Positions 33,016 through 40,366 of a stretch of 64,000 nt of DNA are shown here, in pieces. Both the position numbers and the translations under genes were made by a program. The notes beneath the pieces were generated by a model that was not told the origin of the DNA, searched no databases, and saw only the letters and a list, made by a program, of their open reading frames with translations. Location: NCBI GenBank assembly GCA_003221035.1, contig QHUB01000017.1, positions 1,298 to 65,297 on the forward strand, written 5' to 3'. Each line of letters opens with the position of its first letter. Positions within the stretch are counted from its first letter, which is position 1. The DNA comes from Gemmatimonadota bacterium (lineage in GTDB: Bacteria > Gemmatimonadota > Gemmatimonadetes > Gemmatimonadales > GWC2-71-9).

Positions 33016-33372
33016 TCACCCGGAAATCTTGATGCCGGCCTCAACCCAATCGATTTCGAACTCGTTCCCGCATTTTTTGCACTGATGCGTGCGTGCCTTC
33101 TTGGGCAACGGTGTGCGGGCACGACAGTTGGGGCACACGCCGTAGGTACCTCGAAGTGGCGGAGGCGCTTTCCGGTTGTCCTTCCCCTCCACCACGGCCC
33201 AGCGCTGCGGCGGGCGGTCACGGATCTCGAGCCAGGCCCGCAGCACGCCGACTTTGCGACGATTGACTTCGATAACTGCCTGAAGGTCATTGAGTTCGAC
33301 GACGCGGTACCAGGCGCCCTTGCGGAGCTTGAGGGGAACGTCGTCCTGGATACGAGCGAACAGAATAGGCAT
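33016..33372 (-). CDS. Small zinc-ribbon protein, paralog 2 (uncharacterised family)
   Basis: 118 aa from ATG 33372, preceded by AAGGAG 6 nt upstream. LRKGAWYRV, PQRWAVVE, YGVCPNCRAR...CKKCGNEFEIDW. Confidence 0.7.
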   Translation of the reverse strand: MPILFARIQDDVPLKLRKGAWYRVVELNDLQAVIEVNRRKVGVLRAWLEIRDRPPQRWAVVEGKDNRKAPPPLRGTYGVCPNCRARTPLPKKARTHQCKKCGNEFEIDWVEAGIKISG

Positions 33373-33446
33373 CGCCGCTCCTTGCGGAGAGAGGGAAAAA
33401 AGGAGGGCGCGGGGCACAATATACGAATTGTGGAACTACGCAACAG

Positions 33447-33791
33447 TCAGGAGTTGTCCCAGCCGATCTCGAAGTAGCCGTTGCACTTGGGACACCGCAT
33501 GCTCGTAGCGTGCTCTTCGAGGCGCGCTCGCTCGCGGCAATTGGGACACACGCCGTAGCGCTCGCCCCAGGTCGTGGGCAAGCGCGGCGAGCGCGGGGGC
33601 CTCGGCACGACGGCCCACTGCTTCGGACGTTCCGGCAGGATTTCCAGCGACTGGCGGGGGAATGATGTCTGTTTGCCGTGGACGTCGAGCACGACCTCGA
33701 CCGCCGTCAATTTGACGACGCGATACCACGCGCCGCGCCGCAGGTGGGTCGCTTCTGTGGGCCGGACCCGCGCCCATTGCGTTGCCGTCAT
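33447..33791 (-). CDS. Small zinc-ribbon protein, paralog 3 (uncharacterised family)
   Basis: 114 aa from ATG 33791. The longer track ORF would run through the selC gene. LRRGAWYRV, PKQWAVVP, YGVCPNCRER...CPKCNGYFEIGW. Confidence 0.7.
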   Translation of the reverse strand: MTATQWARVRPTEATHLRRGAWYRVVKLTAVEVVLDVHGKQTSFPRQSLEILPERPKQWAVVPRPPRSPRLPTTWGERYGVCPNCRERARLEEHATSMRCPKCNGYFEIGWDNS

Positions 33792-33860
33792 CAGTCCGCC
33801 GAGCCGTGAGACAGTGCTACAATTGCGCCGAGAACCGGCGAAAGTTAACCGCGATAACGA

Positions 33861-33954
33861 TGGCGGGAGCGTGTAGGAATCGAACCTACCGAGGCCCGTT
33901 AGAGCCCCAAACAGTTTTGAAGACTGGTCAGGCCACCAGACCCAATCCGCTCCC
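33861..33954 (-). tRNA. selC: tRNA-Sec (selC), anticodon TCA
   Basis: 94-nt minus-strand sequence GGGAGCGGATTGGGTCTGGTGGCCTGACCAGTCTTCAAAACTGTTTGGGGCTCTAACGGGCCTCGGTAGGTTCGATTCCTACACGCTCCCGCCA. Extended acceptor (7 bp plus G-A), 6-bp D stem TGGGTC/GGCCTG with a 4-nt loop, CTTCAAA anticodon loop, 7-bp variable arm, T arm GTAGG-TTCGATT-CCTAC and encoded GCCA. The layout parallels E. coli selC. Confidence 0.7.
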
Positions 33955-33972
33955 CCATGTGCCCGCCCCGCA

Positions 33973-34347
33973 TCACTGGAGGGCGATGACGTCGATCTCC
34001 ACGCGCGCATTCTTCGGCAACCCGGCCGCCTGCACGGTCGAGCGTGCGGGCTTGTGCGTGCCGAAGTGCCTGGCGTAGACCTCGTTCATCTGCGCGAAGT
34101 CGGCCATGTCGGCCAGATACACGGTCGTCTTGACGACATTTTGTAACGACGTCCCGGCGGCGGCGAGCACGGCCTTCAGGTTCGCGAACACCTGCTCGGT
34201 TTGCTCGGCCGTGGTGCGACCGACGAGCTCGCCCGATTTGGCATCGAGCGCCACCTGCCCCGCTGTGAAGACCATGTTGCCGGTCGCAATGGCCTGGCTG
34301 TACGGCCCAATTGCTTTGGGCGCCGCATCGGTCGCGATGACATGCAT
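33973..34347 (-). CDS. ridA: RidA/YjgF-family reactive intermediate deaminase
   Basis: 124 aa. ..APKAIGPYSQAI...VFTAGQ...ARSTVQAAGLPKNARVEIDVIA.. Confidence 0.9.
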   Translation of the reverse strand: MHVIATDAAPKAIGPYSQAIATGNMVFTAGQVALDAKSGELVGRTTAEQTEQVFANLKAVLAAAGTSLQNVVKTTVYLADMADFAQMNEVYARHFGTHKPARSTVQAAGLPKNARVEIDVIALQ

Positions 34348-36032
34348 TAGAAGAGACCCTCGATCGTTCCATCGGGAAGCAGCCGGATGCGCTCCGCCGC
34401 CGGGTTCTTGCCGAGGCCCGGCATGGTCATGATGTCGCCCGAAAGCGCGACCACAAAACCCGCGCCCGCAGACGGCAAGAGATCGCGCACGTGCAACGTG
34501 AACCCGCTCGGCGCGCCGATCTGTGTGGCATCGTCGGAGAAGGAGTACTGCGTCTTGGCCATGCAGACGGGCGTCTCGCCGAGGCCGAGCTTGGGCAGCA
34601 GCTCGAGGGCGCGCTCGGCCGCGGGCGCGAACGAGACGTTGCCCGCTCCATAGATCTCGCGCGCGATCGTCTCGATCTTCTCGCGAATGGGCCGGCGCTC
34701 ATCGTACAGCGGTTTGAACGATGACTTGCCGGTCTTGAGCAGACCGAGCAGCGCTTCGGCGACCGCGACGCCACCCTCGCCCCCCTTTTCCCAGACATCG
34801 CACCGCAGGACGTCGATTCCTTCGGCCGCACCGACCGCGCGCACCGCGTCGACCTCTTCGTCGGTATCGGTGATGAACCGATTCAGCGCCACGATCGCGG
34901 GGACGCCGAACTTCTTCACGTTGCGGATGTGGCGCCGCAGGTTTTCGGCGCCCCGCTGCACCGCCGCGGGGTCAGCCGTGCCAAGCTGCTCCTTCTTTTT
35001 GCCGCCGTGCATCTTCAGGGCCCGGACGGTGGCGACGATGATGGCGGCCTCGGGTTTCAGGCCCGCAAACCGGCACTTGATGTCGAAGAACTTCTCAGCG
35101 CCCAAATCCGCGCCGAATCCCGCCTCGGTCAGCACGATGTCGCCGAGCGCGAGGCCCAGCTTGGTCGCGACCACGGAATTGCAGCCGTGGGCGATGTTCC
35201 CGAAGGGACCGCAGTGGACGAGCGCCGGACCGCCCTCGAGCGTCTGCACCAGATTCGGATTGATGGCGTCCTTCAGCAGCAGCGTCATCGCGCCCTGCGC
35301 CTTGAGATCGCCCGCGCGGGCCGGCGTCCTGTCCGGACGGATTCCCACGATGATGCGCGCGATGCGCTCTTCCAGGTCCTCGATGCCGGTCGCGAGCGCC
35401 AAGATCGCCATGATCTCCGAGCCCGGGATGATCACGAAGCGCTCTTCACGCATCGGCCCCCCCTGCAGCCCGCCGAGGCCCACGATGATGTTGCGGAGCG
35501 CGCGGTCGTTCATGTCGATCGTGCGCGGCCAGGTGACGCGCCGCACGTCGATGCCCAGCGCGTTGCCGTGATGCAGGTGCGCGTCGAGCATCGCGGACAG
35601 CAGGTTGTGCGCGCTCGCGATCGCGTGGAAGTCGCCGGTGAAATGGAGGTTGATGTCTTCCATCGGCACGACCTGCGCGTAGCCGCCGCCCGCGGCGCCG
35701 CCCTTCACGCCAAAGACGGGTCCGAGCGAGGGCTCGCGCATCGCGAGGATCGCGTTCTGGCCGAGCTTCCGGAGCGCCTGCGTCACACCCACGGTGACGG
35801 TCGACTTCCCTTCCCCCGCCGGTGTCGGATTGATGCCGGTCACGAGGACCAACCGCCCCTTGGCGGGACGCTTCTGCAGCGCGCGCAGCGAAATCTTCGC
35901 CTTGTATTTCCCATACAGCTCGAGCTCATCGTCTGTCAGGCCCAGCTCGGCCGCGACGTCGCGGATGGGCCGGAGTATGGCGGCCTGCGCGATCGCGATG
36001 TCGGATGGCACCTTCACGGCGGTGGCGGTCAC
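34347..36032 (-). CDS. fhs: Formate--tetrahydrofolate ligase
   Basis: 561 aa from GTG 36032 (GTGA overlap with the tatD stop). ..PSDIAIAQAA.., ..TPAGEGKSTVTVG.., ..EAGFGADLGAEKF.. The upstream part of the track ORF is an Arg-rich extension. Confidence 0.9.
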   Translation of the reverse strand: MTATAVKVPSDIAIAQAAILRPIRDVAAELGLTDDELELYGKYKAKISLRALQKRPAKGRLVLVTGINPTPAGEGKSTVTVGVTQALRKLGQNAILAMREPSLGPVFGVKGGAAGGGYAQVVPMEDINLHFTGDFHAIASAHNLLSAMLDAHLHHGNALGIDVRRVTWPRTIDMNDRALRNIIVGLGGLQGGPMREERFVIIPGSEIMAILALATGIEDLEERIARIIVGIRPDRTPARAGDLKAQGAMTLLLKDAINPNLVQTLEGGPALVHCGPFGNIAHGCNSVVATKLGLALGDIVLTEAGFGADLGAEKFFDIKCRFAGLKPEAAIIVATVRALKMHGGKKKEQLGTADPAAVQRGAENLRRHIRNVKKFGVPAIVALNRFITDTDEEVDAVRAVGAAEGIDVLRCDVWEKGGEGGVAVAEALLGLLKTGKSSFKPLYDERRPIREKIETIAREIYGAGNVSFAPAAERALELLPKLGLGETPVCMAKTQYSFSDDATQIGAPSGFTLHVRDLLPSAGAGFVVALSGDIMTMPGLGKNPAAERIRLLPDGTIEGLF

Positions 36033-36706
36033 AGGGAGCCGTCGATGCGGGCGCCGAAACACCGGCGCGCATTTACGGTCGTGCGCTGCGCCAGGCTCTC
36101 GAGCGTCTCGCCCCGTACTGCAGCGGCGCGCTCGGCGACGTCGCGCACGAACGCCGGTTGATTGCGCTGGCCACGATGCGGCACCGGGGCGAGATACGGC
36201 GCGTCGGTCTCGACCAACAGCCGGTCCGCCGGGCAGTCGGTCAGTCGGTCGGTCAACTTCCAGTTCTTGAACGTGATCATGCCGCTGAACGAGAAATATG
36301 CGCCGATAGCGGTCCCGGCGTCCCATACGGCATCGCCGGAGGAAAAGCTGTGCAGGATCACCACGGGCGGGCGCGAGCCGAGATTGCGCAGCATCGCCGC
36401 CATGTCGTCGTCGGCGGCGCGCGCGTGCACGACGACCGGCTTGCCGAGCTCCGCGCCGAGCGCGAGTTGCGCCTCGAAGGCCGCCCGCTGGACCTCGCGC
36501 GGCGAGTGCATGTAGTGATAGTCGAGTCCTGTTTCGCCGACGGCGACGACTTCGGGCGCGGCGAGCAGCTCACGCACCTGGTCCCGGGTATCCGGCCAGC
36601 CGGACGATTCGTGCGGGTGCACCCCCGCCGTCGCGGACAACCCGCGCGACTCGCGCGCGAGGGACAGCGCGCGCTCGCTTCCTGCCAGCGACTCGCCGAT
36701 CACCAT
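36029..36706 (-). CDS. TatD-family metal-dependent hydrolase (true start probably upstream, non-canonical)
   Basis: ..GVHPHE.., ..ETGLDYHY.., ..VVHAR.., ..ILHSFSG.., ..VETDAPYL.. Coordinates are from the first ATG. LVDTHCHLGDAAF... is encoded in frame upstream (see finding). Confidence 0.8.
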   Translation of the reverse strand: MVIGESLAGSERALSLARESRGLSATAGVHPHESSGWPDTRDQVRELLAAPEVVAVGETGLDYHYMHSPREVQRAAFEAQLALGAELGKPVVVHARAADDDMAAMLRNLGSRPPVVILHSFSSGDAVWDAGTAIGAYFSFSGMITFKNWKLTDRLTDCPADRLLVETDAPYLAPVPHRGQRNQPAFVRDVAERAAAVRGETLESLAQRTTVNARRCFGARIDGSL

Positions 36707-36798
36707 GACGTGGCTGATGCCCGCCTGCTTCGCGCGGACAAGGACCGCGTCCCGGTCGGCATCGAACGCGGCATCGCCCAGGTGGCAGTGCGTGTCGA

Positions 36799-37818
36799 CT
36801 AGCGTGTGGGCTGCGGGGTACGCGGCGACGGCGACGACGTCGGTGTCGCGGGCGCAAATTGCGGCGCCGGTGCCCGCGACCCGAACGTCCGCGCTCCGCG
36901 CGCGTCCTCACCGGGCCAGCGCTTCTCGATCCAGAGCAGCACCGGCGCGGCGATATAGATCGACGAGAAGGTGCCGGTAAAAATGCCGAACGACATCACC
37001 CACGCGAACGGCCGGATCACTTCGCCGGCGAGCAGGAGCAGCGACAGCGTCGTGGCGATCGTCGTGCCGTGCGTCAGCACCGAGCGCGGCAGCGTCTCGT
37101 TGATCGAGAGATTGAGAATCTCGTAGAGATTCTGGCGCCGGTATTTGCGCAGGTTTTCGCGCACGCGGTCGAAGATGATGATGGTGTCGTTCAGCGAGTA
37201 TCCCACCACCGTCAGCACCGCGCCCACGACCACGAGGCTCACTTCGAGATGCATGACGCTGATGAACGCGATCGTCGCCACGACGTCGTGCGCCGTCGCG
37301 ATGGTCGCCGCGAGGCCGAAGCGCCACTCGAACCGGAACGCCAGGTAAATCAAGGTCACCACAAAGCTGAACAGGATCGCCATGAGCGCTTTGCCCTGCA
37401 GCTCGCGGCCCACTTTCGGTCCTACCGACTGGCGCTGCGCCAGCTTGTACTGTCCCGGGCCCATGCTCCGGTCGAGCGCGCGGGCGACGGAATCGGCGAC
37501 CGCCTGCGTGCCCGCGTCACCTTCGGACGCCTGCGAGCCAAGCCGGGCGCGCACCATATAGGAGGTGTCGGAGCCGAAGTTGTAGACGTCGGCGCCCTTG
37601 AGGCCTACCTGGTCCAGCGCCGCCCGGATTTGCCCGGTCTCCACCTTGTGCGCGGCTTCGAACTGCACCGACGTACCGCCGGTGAATTCGATGCTGTAGT
37701 TGATCCCGCGGATCAATAAGAAGACGAGCCCGACGAGCATGATGGCACCCGTCAGCGAGAACGCGAACCGGCGCCACTTGATGAAGTCGTAATTGGCGTT
37801 CGAAAAGAGTCGGATCAT
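36799..37818 (-). CDS. secF: Protein translocase subunit SecF
   Basis: 339 aa. ..YDFIKWRRFAFSLTG..., ..IEFTGGTSVQF.., and ..VGYSLNDTIIIFDRVREN.. in the TM region. Confidence 0.9.
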   Translation of the reverse strand: MIRLFSNANYDFIKWRRFAFSLTGAIMLVGLVFLLIRGINYSIEFTGGTSVQFEAAHKVETGQIRAALDQVGLKGADVYNFGSDTSYMVRARLGSQASEGDAGTQAVADSVARALDRSMGPGQYKLAQRQSVGPKVGRELQGKALMAILFSFVVTLIYLAFRFEWRFGLAATIATAHDVVATIAFISVMHLEVSLVVVGAVLTVVGYSLNDTIIIFDRVRENLRKYRRQNLYEILNLSINETLPRSVLTHGTTIATTLSLLLLAGEVIRPFAWVMSFGIFTGTFSSIYIAAPVLLWIEKRWPGEDARGARTFGSRAPAPQFAPATPTSSPSPRTPQPTR

Positions 37819-39440
37819 CAGATGCTCAAGGTGACCATGTCGGGCCGCCGGTGCAACCAGATCAGGAACATCGTTTTCACGACGAAGATCGCGGAGATCA
37901 TCGAGGCGGCGATACCGATGATCAGGGTGATCGCAAAGCCCTGGACCGGGCCCGTGCCGACCGCGTAGAGAATCAAGGCCGTGAGCACCGTGCTGACGTT
38001 GGAGTCGACAATGGCGTTCATGGCATGCAGGAAGCCGTCGTCCACGGCAATCCGGAGCGACTTGCCGTGCACCAGCTCCTCACGGATCCGCTCGAAAATC
38101 AGCACGTTCGCATCCACGGCGATTCCGATGGACAGGACGAATCCAGCCAGACCTGGCAAAGTCAGCGTGAAGCCGAACATCGCGAGCCCCGCGATCGTGA
38201 ACAGGCAGTAGAGCGTCAGCGCGGCCACCGCGAGCGCGCCCGACATGCGGTAGTATCCGATCATGATCAGGATCACGAGCACGATCCCGACGACCCCCGC
38301 CCGTATGCCATCGTGGACTGAATCCGCGCCCAATGTGGCGCTGATCTGGCGCTCGTCCACAATCGTGAGCGGCGCGGGCAACGCACCGGCGCGCAAGACC
38401 AGCGCCAGGTCGCTCGCTTCCTGCAGCGGCTTGCTGCCGAGCTCGATCTGACCGTTCGCGCCGATCTGTCCGCGAATGACGGGCGGCTGTCCCTGCACCC
38501 GCCCGTCCAGGATGATCGCCATGAAGTCGTTGATGTGCCGGGCGGTTTCGTCCGAGAACTTCCGGGCGCCGCGGTGGCTCAGCTGGAACGCCACGATCGA
38601 CTGGTTCGTCACCTGATCGCGCCGCGCGACGGCCTTCACCAGCTCCTCGCCCGTGATGATCGGCCGAGACTCGACTGCGTAAAGCGCGCGATAGGGCTGG
38701 GCGCTGCGGGACTCCGACTGCGCGCCCCAGCGCAGCTCGATCCCGCGCGGAATCGCCGCGGTGACCTCGGGCCGAGTGATCAAGCTATCGACCAGCGGCC
38801 ACTGCTCTTCGTGCACCAGGTACTCACCCGGCAGCTGGCCCTGAAACAGCAGCGCCGACAGCACGCCAGGCGCGTTGGCCTCGGCCGCCGAATCGCGCGC
38901 CGCCTTCGTCGTATCGCCGCCGAAGAGCTGGGACACCGCCGACGGCGCGGCATTGCTGCGCGACTTCACGCCGGCCTTGCGGAGCGCCGCATCGATGCCG
39001 GGCAGCGCATCCTTGAACGCGCCCTTCATGTCGGTAATGCGGAACTCGAGAAAGGCCGTCCGCTGAATGACACCCCGGGCGCGCGCGGGATCCTTCTCGC
39101 CCGCGAGCTCGACGATCAGCCGGCACCGGCCCTGGATCTGGACCACGGGCTCCGTCGTGCCGAACTCGTCCACCCGGGTCCGCACGATCCGCTCGGCGCG
39201 CTGAATCGCGTCGGCGCAGTCGGGCACGGGGCCTTTCGATTGATCGACCTCGAGCGCCAGGTGGATGCCGCCTTGCAGGTCGAGGCCGAGGTTGATCGGC
39301 ACGACCCGGACCGTCGTGTCGCGCATGCGACCGGTGGCGCGATCCTCGACGCGCCGGGTCACATTCCGGGGCACGAGCGCAATGATGCTCCCGACGATCA
39401 GAACACCGATGAAAATCAATCGCTGGCGAATCTTACCCAT
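37818..39440 (-). CDS. secD: Protein translocase subunit SecD
   Basis: 540 aa from ATG 39440 (MGKIRQRLIFIGVL..). ..NLGLDLQGGIHL.., ..GIAVDANVLIFERIREE.. 1-nt overlap with secF. Confidence 0.9.
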   Translation of the reverse strand: MGKIRQRLIFIGVLIVGSIIALVPRNVTRRVEDRATGRMRDTTVRVVPINLGLDLQGGIHLALEVDQSKGPVPDCADAIQRAERIVRTRVDEFGTTEPVVQIQGRCRLIVELAGEKDPARARGVIQRTAFLEFRITDMKGAFKDALPGIDAALRKAGVKSRSNAAPSAVSQLFGGDTTKAARDSAAEANAPGVLSALLFQGQLPGEYLVHEEQWPLVDSLITRPEVTAAIPRGIELRWGAQSESRSAQPYRALYAVESRPIITGEELVKAVARRDQVTNQSIVAFQLSHRGARKFSDETARHINDFMAIILDGRVQGQPPVIRGQIGANGQIELGSKPLQEASDLALVLRAGALPAPLTIVDERQISATLGADSVHDGIRAGVVGIVLVILIMIGYYRMSGALAVAALTLYCLFTIAGLAMFGFTLTLPGLAGFVLSIGIAVDANVLIFERIREELVHGKSLRIAVDDGFLHAMNAIVDSNVSTVLTALILYAVGTGPVQGFAITLIIGIAASMISAIFVVKTMFLIWLHRRPDMVTLSI

Positions 39441-39448
39441 CGTTCTCT

Positions 39449-40366
39449 CTACCGGTTGAGGCTCGCCCGCGCCGCCTGGCGGTCGCGCTCGAGCTGCGCC
39501 ACCAGCGCCTCGCGGGACGCGAACGCCTGCACGTCGCGCAGGCGCCGGACCCATTCCACGTTTACCGTTTCACCGTACAGCTCGCCGTCGAAATCGAACA
39601 GATGAATCTCCAGCGTGCGGGCGTGCTCCCCAAACGTCGGGCGCGGGCCCTGGTTCATCATCCCGCCCAGGATCTGGGAGTCAGAAATCGGGATCCGGGA
39701 TTCCGACTTCAAGATCCTGACTTCAACAGCATACACACCATCCGGAGGCAACAACTTCCGCGGATCCGGCGATTCCAAATTGATCGTCGGAATCCCGATC
39801 GTCCGCCCCCGCCCCGCCCCCCGCACGACCCGGCCGCGAATGCCGTAGCGCCGGCCGAGCCACCGCGCCGCCGAGTCCAGATCGCCGTGGGCGAGCGCGG
39901 TGCGAATCATGGTCGACGAGATCGGCTGCCCGTCTTCCCGCACCGGATCCACCACCGCGACGCCGAAATTCCGGTTGCGCGCGAGACGCTGCACCAGCTC
40001 GACGTCGCCGCCCCGCCCCCGGCCGAAGCCGTGATCGAATCCCATCACGAGCTCGCGCAGCGCGTATTGCTCGCACAACCGCTGCACGAACGCCTCGGCG
40101 TCGAGCTGCGCGATCGCGGGCGTGAACGGCATTACGACGAACTCCGCAATACCGGCCGCTCGCACGAGGTCTTCCTTCTCGTCCGGCAGCGTCAGCAACT
40201 TCGGCGCCCCAGCCGGATTCACGACCGCCAGCGGATGCGGGTCGAACGTCACCACCACGCTCTCGAGCTGCCCGGCCCGCGCGCGACGCGTCACCTCGGC
40301 CAGCACCGCCTGATGCCCGCGGTGCACGCCATCGAAGGTACCCAGAGTGACGACCGCGCCGCTCAT
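39449..40366 (-). CDS. ribF: Bifunctional riboflavin kinase / FMN adenylyltransferase
   Basis: 305 aa. ..TLGTFDGVHRGH.., ..GRTIGIPTINL.., ..LEIHLFDFDGELYG.. Contains a heptamer array in a surface-loop region. Confidence 0.9.
   Translation of the reverse strand: MSGAVVTLGTFDGVHRGHQAVLAEVTRRARAGQLESVVVTFDPHPLAVVNPAGAPKLLTLPDEKEDLVRAAGIAEFVVMPFTPAIAQLDAEAFVQRLCEQYALRELVMGFDHGFGRGRGGDVELVQRLARNRNFGVAVVDPVREDGQPISSTMIRTALAHGDLDSAARWLGRRYGIRGRVVRGAGRGRTIGIPTINLESPDPRKLLPPDGVYAVEVRILKSESRIPISDSQILGGMMNQGPRPTFGEHARTLEIHLFDFDGELYGETVNVEWVRRLRDVQAFASREALVAQLERDRQAARASLNR
39668..39723. repeat. Degenerate heptamer array, about 8 x CNGGATY, with dyad symmetry
   Basis: caggatc tgggagt cagaaat cgggatc cgggatt ccgactt caagatc ctgactt. 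The outer units (CAGGATCTGGGAGTC / GACTTCAAGATCCTG) are inverted repeats. Lies inside ribF (peptide RILKSESRIPISDSQILG). Confidence 0.65.

Noticed and set aside
32517-33860. Genomic island or prophage remnant at selC
   Set aside because: No integrase, transposase or phage genes were seen, and no direct repeat of the selC 3' end. It is kept only as a positional remark within the paralog finding.
33792-34010. N-terminal extension of the track ORF 33447..34010
   Set aside because: The extension would be translated straight through the tRNA-Sec gene. The conserved paralog sequence begins at the internal ATG 33791.
36033-36326. N-terminal ~98-aa extension of the fhs ORF
   Set aside because: The sequence is Arg-rich and overlaps tatD. 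Fhs homology starts at ..VKVPSDIAIAQ.. and GTG 36032 gives a typical ~560-aa protein with a GTGA junction.
39441-39554. N-terminal extension of the secD ORF, and similar extensions of nusA (46187..46468), gatB (52780..53508) and pcrA (56689..56808)
   Set aside because: The extensions are Arg/Gly/Pro-rich and overlap the upstream genes. Internal ATGs give canonical N-termini and 1-4-nt coupled junctions.
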